Part shown: one piece after another, positions 63,440-64,000 of the stretch | Layout of the letters: each line of letters starts with the position of its first letter | Numbering within the stretch: position 1 is the first letter of the stretch | Source of the DNA: Octopus sinensis | Lineage: Eukaryota | Assembly (NCBI RefSeq): GCF_006345805.1 | Contig: NC_042997.1 | Coordinates: forward strand, 200,818,001-200,882,000 | Direction of reading: 5' to 3' | Length of the DNA stretch: 64,000 nucleotides | Position numbers and translations under genes: made by a program | Notes under the pieces: model-generated | Databases searched by the model: none | Told to the model about the DNA's origin: nothing | The model's input: only the letters and a program-made list of their open reading frames with translations

Positions 63440-63442
63440 ACT

Positions 63443-63885
63443 TAAATTTGATAACTTTGATAGGTTTCAGGCAGTATAGGCCCAGGCCATGTCTAACTTA
63501 ATAGCACCACCTGGTGAAGTCTTTTAGTCATATATGGGACACCATGGCCCACTCTAGCAAAGACTTATTATTAATGGAGACATATCCGGGTGTAGGAGGT
63601 TGGTCTGGGATTTTCTGAAGAAATTTGTCCAGTGAACTTTTGAATTTTATTGGATCCGTTTCTGTTTTGACATATTTTGGTATGGTATTAAAGAGAGCAG
63701 GACCGGTTGAGGTAAAGTAGTTGTGGTGTAATGTTGCTATGTGTACTGAGTTTGATTTTTGTAGTGGGCAGATAGCACGGGGGCTAAGTCTTGGATGGAT
63801 TTTAAAATTAATGCCAACATCATTTCTGCAATATTGATGGAATATTTTCCACATCACACAAATGATGTAGCACTCCCGGTGTTAT
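63443..63885 (-). mobile_element. CR1/L2-group LINE 3' end
   Basis: MWKIFHQYCRNDVGINFKIHPRL...GPALFNTIPKYVK...FKSSLDKFLQKIPDQPPTPGY...NKSLLEW*. Confidence 0.85.
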
Positions 63886-64000
63886 TAAACACACCAGGAT
63901 ACATGCATACACAATATTTACATACATATATATTTGTATATACATACATATGTACACACACCCATACTTACCTACACATACACACACATACATCGGCAAC

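Overview
This is AT-rich, repeat-dominated eukaryotic (animal) DNA with no operons, no CRISPR array and no confidently identifiable host gene. From recall of the repeat families (not a search), it is most likely a coleoid cephalopod, probably Octopus. Most of the window is microsatellites ((TATC)n, (TA)n, (TATG)n, (CA)n, (GAT)n, (TAA)n), at least four tRNA-derived SINE families, and 3' ends of RTE-type LINEs ending in CCATGCTAGCATGG...(GAT)n. It also holds decayed R4/Dong, CR1/L2-like and HERO-like LINEs, Penelope-like elements (PLEs), and Tc1/mariner, maT (DD37D) and hAT DNA transposons. Nearly all long ORFs in the supplied track are translations of microsatellites or of a 3.2-kb polypurine satellite and are rejected. 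The most interesting observations are: (1) five minimal hammerhead-ribozyme motifs in PLE termini (one intact, one CUGUUGA core variant, three decayed at CpG sites); (2) a tRNA-like Pol III head sitting directly upstream of a hammerhead-bearing pLTR; (3) RTE 3' UTRs carrying arrays of a ~60-bp two-hairpin unit with conserved stems and variable, ordered loops (14 units at 51.4-52.2 kb); (4) a strand-asymmetric 3.2-kb satellite with higher-order structure; (5) a perfect 40-bp palindrome and a ~300-bp foldback; (6) a speculative set of minus-strand micro-exon candidates. Family names come from motif recall, SINE boundaries are approximate, and nothing was computed or searched.
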